Origin: Eledone cirrhosa
Lineage: Eukaryota
Length of the DNA stretch: 64,000 nt
Assembly: GCA_964016885.1 (NCBI GenBank)
Contig: OZ024745.1
Location: forward strand, 107,384,001 to 107,448,000
Reading direction: 5' to 3'
In this document: piece by piece, positions 55,948 to 64,000 of the stretch
How the letters are laid out: every line of letters starts with the position of its first letter
Numbering within the stretch: the stretch's first letter is position 1
Notes under the pieces: generated by a model
What the model was told of the DNA's origin: nothing
The model's input: the letters and a program-made list of their open reading frames with translations, nothing else
Database searches by the model: none
Made by a program: the position numbers and the translations under genes

Positions 55948-58206
55948 GAAAAATTGAAAGGAATGTTAAGTTTTGTATGTTTTGGGTGATTTGATATGAA
56001 TAGGAGATACTGTTTGGAGTCCGTGAATTTGTAAAAGATGATTGTTTCTATTTTCCCATGTTTTTAGAATGAGAATATCCAAGAAGGCTAATTCCTTGGA
56101 GTTGGATTCCCTTGTGAATTGTATATTATTGTTAATGTTGTTAATCATATTTTTGAAAAGAGTGAGTGTATTTATGTTTTCCTGCCATAGAATGAAGCAA
56201 TCGTTGGCGTATATCGAGGCTTCCTTTGTGCCCATTGCAGTATCTGAGATTTGTCGGTATTTTGAGTCAGTGAAAGTAAAGAAATTATTCTGTAAGATAA
56301 ATCGGAGTCCATCAATAATTAAGTTTTTGTTGGTGCCTGTTGGTATTTCTGATTGGTGAGTATCTAGCCAAAACTAGATTGTTATTATTCCATAGTTATG
56401 GGGTATGTTAGTGTAGAGATTTACTACTCAAAGGAGACTAGAATAGTGTTTTCACTTACTGTTTTGGGTATGTGGTTCAGCATATCCGGGTCATCTCGTA
56501 TCTAGCTCTGTATATGTTTTAGTAAGGGCTTTAGTAGGATGTCCAGGAAGTTGTTAAGTCTGTGGGTTTCACATGCAGGGCCTGCTATAATTGGTCTGAG
56601 TCGTAAGTCTTCTGGTGGTGTTAATTGTATGAATTTGTTAGTCGAAGTGTCGCATGCATTGCTTATGAGTTTACATTTATGTTTCTTCGGTAAGCCGTAG
56701 AAAGCACTTGTATTATATTTGAAATGGTATATGTATTCAAATTCTTTTGTGGTTAAGCTACTGCGGTGTTTTTGCAGTAATGCTAGGAGGTTTTAGTTTG
56801 TTTGTAGTTTGCTGTTTTTTTAGTAGTATCTGTTGTCGTCTAAGATTTTGAGTGCCAGGTCTCTATAGTAGTCAGTGTCCATAATGACTACAGTGCTCCC
56901 TTTATCAGCTTCTTTGATAGTTATTTCAGTGTTGTTTCGCAGTGTGAATAATTCTTTCCATTCGTGTTTGGAGAGGTTCGATTTCGTGTGCGTATTTGTG
57001 ATTTGTTCATAGGGGAAATTGATGGTGCATTCGCAGTAGGTGTCCAGTGTTGTGTTCCTCCCTTTCTGTGGGCAGAAATCACTTTTGTTTCTGACTATTG
57101 ATTCGTCTTCAGTGTTGCTGTCATTGGAGAAGTATTCTATTAGTCTGAGTTTTCGGTAGAATTCCATGATGTCATCTTTCATTTCGGGGAAGTTAGATTG
57201 TTGTGGTGTGGGTGTAAATTTCAGTCCCTTACTTAGTATGTTAATTTGTGTGTTAGTTAGTGATATCTTTGAAAGGTTAATTACCTTCGGCTTCTCATGA
57301 GTGGCGTCCATCGGGTGTCCGGGTATTTCAGTCTTGTTCCTAAAAGAGGGATGTTGTTTTGGTTGTAATTGTAGTCTGCTTGTCTGTTTTGTATGGCTCT
57401 TTATTTTTTATTTTACATGAAAGTTAATGTGGCGTCTGTTGTAGTTTTTATTGTGTAAGGGTTCTGTTGTGGGTTCATGTGGTTTGGGTGGGTTCTTTCT
57501 GGGATGCATAGTGTTGATATTGTGGGGTTGTTTCTTGTAGTGTTGGGGGTGATACCTGTTGTAGTTGTTAATGTGGAAGAGCGTTGTTGGGATTTCATGT
57601 GGTCTGTATGGGTTTCTTCTGGAGTGTATGGTGTTTGTATTGCAGGTTAGTTCTATGTTGTTTTGGGGTTGGTTTCTGTAGAAGATATTATTGTGGGTAC
57701 CAATGTTGTGGTGGCTGGGTATGTTTCTTCTACTATAGTTGGTTGTATTTGGTCTGTGTAGAGTGGGGTTTTGTCTGTGGTTTATGTGTGTTGGGGTTGG
57801 AAGTATGCATGTTGCTGAGGGGATTCTTGTTTTGTTTAATTTCTTTGTAAAGGTGTTATCTGTGTGATGCATTGCTTTGAAAACTTCTTCATATTTGAGG
57901 AACAAATTTTCAGATGTTTCCCATCGTTTTAAAGAGATTAGTTCTGCATTCTCGCAGTCTTGTTTCCAGGATTTAATTAAATGTTGTAGAGTTGGTCCCT
58001 CAGTGTGTTTCGCACATTCTATTTCCATTTGTTGGTCGATATCCGGGTATTTTTGTTCATTGGAGGTGGCTCTTAGTTTTCAGAGTTCTATTTCCATATT
58101 AATTTTGTTGGGTGACATTTGTTCTCGTAGTTTCCGTTGTTGTCCAGGTTCATTAGTTATGGGTTTCATTTGGAATTTACGGGGTAAGATTATTGGTGTG
58201 GAGTTG

Positions 58207-58207
<1 letters not shown>
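55948..58207 (-). pseudogene. Penelope-like reverse transcriptase pseudogene (N-terminal region, DKG domain, RT, thumb; no endonuclease)
   Basis: VINLS...ILSKGLKFTPTP, ITIKEADKGSTVVIMD, FYGLPKKHK, LRPIIAGP, LYTNIPH, AMGT, LAFLDILI motifs; stops and frameshifts. Confidence 0.92.
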
Positions 58208-58237
<30 letters not shown>

Positions 58238-58695
58238 TATATGAGAGGGATGAACACCGATACAAGTATACATGTGTTCGAATTGTAAATGACCAAGTTA
58301 GCTAGGTTGAAAAATACTAATTTAAAATAATATGGTTTGCTGTCTCGATTTAAAGTAATAAATCAATAAAAATAACAAACCTATATACGGCAATGGCCGT
58401 GATAACCGGACAGATTCTAAATCTGTTTCGCAACAATTATTAAGTGAAAGTCACTATCCCTGTGCTCTTCTGTGGGTATCCAGGAAATTGTTACCATTCA
58501 CTTCAAAAGACTTAAGAAGACTGAGAACTATGTGCTGTTAAACGCACATGTCACAGCGCCTAACGCGTCTCATATTCGTGCCGCTAAAAATAGCAGCCGG
58601 TTTTATGGGACTAAAGTTAGCTCTACGTATGGAGCCGAGAATATCATATATAGAGTTATAAATTCAAACTAGTCATATAGTTATAACTCAATAAA

Positions 58696-58730
<35 letters not shown>

Positions 58731-58734
<4 letters not shown>

Positions 58735-59687
58735 ATATATTAATAAATGGAAACTATATTTATAAAACCATAATTATGTTATTATTTATATAACCAAGGC
58801 AATAATTTTGGTGCGCTTTCATCAGATAAAATACAAAATATGTTTTATAAATGTTGACATACCCGTAGAAACACAACCTTGACGGTTGAAGGTTCGCTGG
58901 ATAGTGGAAAAAAAATTTTATTGAGGGTAATTCAGAGTTCTGTGTGAGTATGCCAATGAATGTCCGAAGAAATTGAAAAAACAACCGTTTATTTAAATTA
59001 TACTGTTGGAAGAAGAGAGAGAAACTAGAGAGAGAAAAAGAGAAAGAAAAAAAAGAAAAAGAGGGAGAAAGAAAGAGAGAACAAATTATATGCAGAGTAA
59101 TAGTTAAAATAAGTGAAGGAAGAGCGAGCGAAGAAATAAGCTAATTAGAGGATTAGTACGTAAATCGTAAATACATCATGTTATATATCATGTTATATTT
59201 ATATTAAAAATAATGATAAATTAAAAATAATGAAAAATTAAAAAATAATCTTAAATTATAAATAAAGATATATTACAATAAAGATATATTTAAAATATAT
59301 TAAATTATATGAGTATAGATGGGTATGTGATAAATTATTTAAATGTATAATGTTTTACATTGGAAAAATATTGCAAATCCAGTTTTGTTTATTTATTAGT
59401 TATTATGAGATAAGTTTGACAAAAATATATGTAGCCAGAATTTGTTACCGGTTGTAAGTCAAATCTTAAATACTTAGAAAAGTTACAAAGATTACGGAAA
59501 ATTAAGAGAGTTTACAAAAGATTAAATAATTAATTAAAAGTATATACTAAAACCCTTTAAAATTTCAGACTATAAAAATTCAGATTATAAGAATTAAGAC
59601 TATAAAAATTAAGACTATAAAAAATTAAGACTATAAAAAACTATAAAAAAAGGTTATAAAAATCTATAAGAAAAGCTATAAAAAAGG

Positions 59688-59690
<3 letters not shown>
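58731..59690 (-). mobile_element. PLE family A tail-less arm with damaged hammerhead
   Basis: Matches the family A body; CTGATGA present (rc 58819-58825) but GAAA is deleted. Confidence 0.75.
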
Positions 59691-60055
<365 letters not shown>

Positions 60056-60069
60056 ATGTATATATATAC

Positions 60070-60180
60070 AAATGACCATGTTAACTAAATTGAAAAATAC
60101 TGGTATTAGTATTTTTCAATCTAGCTAACATGGTCAGATAAACACATGTATACTTGTATCAGTGTTTATCCCTATCATAT
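60070..60180 (+). mobile_element. Family O mini fold-back (antisense copy at 58240-58325)
   Basis: tgaccatgttaactaaattgaaaaatact pairs with agtatttttcaatctagctaacatggtca, followed by a short hairpin tail. Confidence 0.7.
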
Positions 60181-60420
60181 ATGTATTTGTATTACACGGC
60201 TCAGAAATATTCCTTTCTTTGAGCTATTTAATTGTAAAAGACTATTTGAGTTTATAACTCTATATATAATATATATATATATTTATATATATCTCCATTT
60301 ATATGCACACACATATATATATACATATATATTTATACATACATATATATGCACACACATATATATGTATGTATATGTATATATATGTATGTATATGTAT
60401 GTATATGTATGTATATATAT

Positions 60421-60993
60421 GTCAGATCAGCAGTTGGTGCTACTGGTAACATGTATCCCAGTACAACCTGTCTCATGGTCGAGTCGTTGGCGACTAACCT
60501 GGAAACCCCACCAAGGTTTCTTGGTGAGGAGAGTGACTTTGCACATCCTGCAGGACTAAAAGCAAAACCTGTCAAAGGGCAAAGGAGCTCTTAAGAGTCA
60601 ATGGCCATGCAAAATCACCGGGAGAGATAGACCCCTTAGCCTGTGTCAAGGCAGAATTCTAGGAGAAGGAAAACTCTGATATAACACCTGCAACTCTGAT
60701 GGTATCCAATGATGTTGACCAGTGGGACTGGCTTTGTGCAGTGCCTTTGCTCACTATAAAAGCTTCACGGCACAGGCATTGCTTTATATTTAGAGATCTC
60801 TCTGCACTTGTCGTCGCGTGGTACCATGGGCCCAGCACTGTGTGTCAGTAATTGTCACAAGTGTAGTGTTTGTACCAGAGTTTTCAAGTCGCTGGCTGGA
60901 CTAAAAAGTCACACTCGTTCAGCGCATCGGTAAGGGTTCTCCTACATGGATATAAAGTAGTGGCCGTACTCGAAAACGAGTTGGCAGCCACCA
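60421..60993 (+). mobile_element. Internally deleted (bipartite) non-autonomous RTE element
   Basis: RTE 5'UTR-like aggagaaggaaaactctg joined to a C-terminal C2H2 finger [22 protein letters not shown] and the RTE 3' end. Confidence 0.7.
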
Positions 60994-61201
60994 TATATAT
61001 ATATATATATATATATCACAAAAAAAGAGAATCAGTGTTGCGACGAATGGAATTTATTGGACATATTACAATCGTTTCTCTGGCGACCAGCTCGAGGCTT
61101 GATCGATGTGATGATCGAATCTGACTCTGAAAATCGCAAGGTCCTCAGATACGTCTTTATTCTACGAAGCAGGTTTTAGGACGCTTTAAGCATCCAACAC
61201 C

Positions 61202-61295
<94 letters not shown>

Positions 61296-61431
61296 TTATA
61301 TATAATGTAGGAGGTGAGTTTTATTGTAGTACAATAAAGCAATGCAGATATCGGATAAGAAGCACTCTACAGTTTGTGGGACTGGAGTATGCATAATATA
61401 AGATCAAAAGATGGTTAAAGGAGTTCCATAT

Positions 61432-61500
61432 ATTTTATTATGCGCATTTCAAAAACAAACATCATCAAACAATAATATTTGTGTTTTCATCAGATAAAAC
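61432..61500 (-). ncRNA. Type I hammerhead ribozyme (mirror copy)
   Basis: Reverse complement of 61621-61689. Confidence 0.85.
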
Positions 61501-61620
61501 AGGAGAACATGATATGAAGGCTAAAAAACACTTGTTGATAGTGCAGTTTTAAATCAACATATGTTGATTTAAAACTGCACTATCAACAAGTGTTTTTTAG
61601 CCTTCATATCATGTTCTCCT

Positions 61621-61689
61621 GTTTTATCTGATGAAAACACAAATATTATTGTTTGATGATGTTTGTTTTTGAAATGCGCATAATAAAAT
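61621..61689 (+). ncRNA. Type I hammerhead ribozyme
   Basis: gttttat-CTGATGA-aaa c acaaatattatt gttt gatgatgtttgt t ttt-GAAA-tgcgca-TA-ataaaat. Confidence 0.88.
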
Positions 61690-62112
61690 ATATGGAACTC
61701 CTTTAACCATCTTTTGATCTTATATTATATTTATATATATATATATATATACACATATATATACAAAACTATATCTTTTATGTGATATTTCACCACTATT
61801 ATGAGCTATACATCATATACCAGATATTATACTTACATTATTTCTAATGCCATATCATATTATTATTATAATTTTCAATTTAAATATTTTTTTAATTTTT
61901 CAATTATAAATTTAAAAAAAAGTTGTTTAATCTTTACAAAAATATATTTTATTTATTCTATTCTTTCTAATTTTTAATTTCTGATCTGTCATTTCTGTCA
62001 TGTTTCCAATTCTTCAACTTTTCATTTTCCCCTTAGTTCATTTATTCCTCTTACCTTATATCTTATATCTGCCAAACACCCACACTACCCCGCCACTATC
62101 ATCACCATCATA

Positions 62113-62195
62113 TATTGGGTGGTCAAGTATGATGAAATTTGTATAAATTTATAGAAAAAAAAATTTCTACAAATTTCATACTTGACAACCCAATA
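62113..62195. mobile_element. ~80-bp MADE-like mariner MITE
   Basis: TA|ttgggtggtcaagtatgatgaaatttgtataaatt ... aatttctacaaatttcatacttgacaacccaa|TA. Confidence 0.75.
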
Positions 62196-62649
62196 TAATT
62201 CCACAATATTTATATCCTCCATCGTAGTTATATCTCCATAATTTATATTCATATATCCTATATTCCACATATTTGCCACTCCGCCACTGCCACTAACTCT
62301 TTTACCCATCATAGATTCTAGAGTTATATATTGCCAAAATCTTCATCGTATGCAATCTTTTAATTTCTAAACTACGTGACATCATACTGTATGTTCATTT
62401 CCACTCTATCACCGCAGTCACCACCACCATCGACCCCCACCCCCAACCACCATCACAGTACCCATACACGCACCCAGCCCTGTAGAAGTTCCAATTCATG
62501 TATGTATGAATTGGAATTTGTATATTCATATTCATATGCATGTGTGTATGTGTGTGTATGTGTGTGTGTGTATGTACATATTTGTGTGTATGTGTGAGTG
62601 TGTGCATATTTATGTACATGTATAACTGGATACACACACATACACACCA

Positions 62650-62682
<33 letters not shown>

Positions 62683-62763
62683 CATGCAAACATACACACA
62701 CACATATATATATGTGTATATATATATATATATATACATACGTATACATTTACATACACACAT

Positions 62764-62792
<29 letters not shown>

Positions 62793-62794
<2 letters not shown>

Positions 62795-62965
62795 AGGAGT
62801 TGACGGACCCAGCATGTTTATCAATGCCAGGTCCAGTTGTATCTCAGCGTACTCAATAGGTAATGTAGGATACATTCTCAGAGTATTCACAGTTATTCGC
62901 TTCAATACAACACACGTAAAACTGGTGCCTATAATAGTTACCGGCCTCGAGTTTCGGCCACACTT
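62793..62965 (-). mobile_element. Family L PLE-like end
   Basis: Adjacent to (TA)n; ACTC..GAGT hairpin at 62851-62884; rc GAAA-ctcgag hammerhead-like half. Confidence 0.5.
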
Positions 62966-62972
62966 CTAAGTT

Positions 62973-63022
<50 letters not shown>

Positions 63023-63217
63023 AACTTAGAGACCCTTCCTATTTAGCAGGAAATATTCACTACACACAAGTTATATGATGCATATTACTTAATATTCAGT
63101 CACCAAATTTTAGCTAGATACAGAAATGGTGTATTTAATTCTTTGAAGTCACCTGTTATAATTTCATTCAACAACACCACCAGCTAACTCTCTCTCTCTT
63201 TTCCATTTTCCGTCATC

Positions 63218-63280
<63 letters not shown>

Positions 63281-63466
63281 AATCTACTCTCCCACCACCA
63301 CTATCTCTTAGTCTCTATCTTTCTCTCTCTCCCCTTTTATGAAGGTCCCCGAAAAAACCTCGTATCTCCCATTTCAGGGAGAACTTCCTTTCAAAGTATT
63401 TTCCCATTATTCGTCCTTTTGGCTGTATTAAATTACAGACAAGCACACAATCACAAAGTTTTAGAA

Positions 63467-63518
<52 letters not shown>

Positions 63519-63548
63519 ATACGTGTGTGTGTATATATATATACATAC

Positions 63549-63630
<82 letters not shown>

Positions 63631-63652
63631 ATATATATACACACACACGTAT

Positions 63653-63696
<44 letters not shown>

Positions 63697-63726
63697 ATAC
63701 GTGTGTGTGTATATATATATACATAC

Positions 63727-63818
<92 letters not shown>

Positions 63819-63820
<2 letters not shown>

Positions 63821-64000
63821 GGTGGCTGCCAACTCGTTTTCGAGTACGGCCACTACTTTATATCCATGTAGGAGAACCTCTACCGATGCGCTGAACGAGT
63901 GACTTTTTAGTCCAGCCAGCGACTTGAAAACTCTGGTACAAACACTACACTTGTGACAATTATTGACACATAGTGCTGGGCCCATGGTACCATGTGACGA
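63819..64000 (-). mobile_element. RTE-derived element 3' end (runs off window)
   Basis: Reverse-complement match to 60812-60993. Confidence 0.85.

Larger units (their letters stand above)
61306..61728 (-). mobile_element. Family C fold-back: spacerless palindrome with 168-bp arms plus 87-nt tail
   Basis: Centre aaatcaacat|atgttgattt at 61560/61561; arms 61393-61560 and 61561-61728. Confidence 0.92.

Overview
AT-rich, microsatellite-saturated eukaryotic intronic/intergenic DNA, most likely from an octopod cephalopod. This is inferred from the Meta- and V-domain tRNA-SINE families and the (TA)n/(CA)n/(GATA)n load. There is no intact protein-coding gene; almost all listed ORFs are microsatellite artefacts, and at most two small minus-strand host exons exist near the left end. 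The window holds remnants of Tx1/L1, RTE, R4/Dong, CRE and Tigger elements and three Tc1/mariner-type MITEs. The dominant hidden structure is a set of at least 10 families of Penelope-like (PLE) retroelement ends living inside (TA)n arrays. Most share one architecture: (TA)n - a 60-90 nt 3' tail carrying a conserved RCTC...GAGY hairpin - body - an inverted copy of the body that stops a few nt short of that hairpin - (TA)n. About a dozen type I minimal hammerhead ribozymes (CUGANGA/GAAA core, covarying stems, self-complementary helix III) sit inside these fold-backs. A Tx1-clade LINE inserted twice into one (GATA)n array suggests a second microsatellite-targeting system. All alignments and foldings were done by eye.
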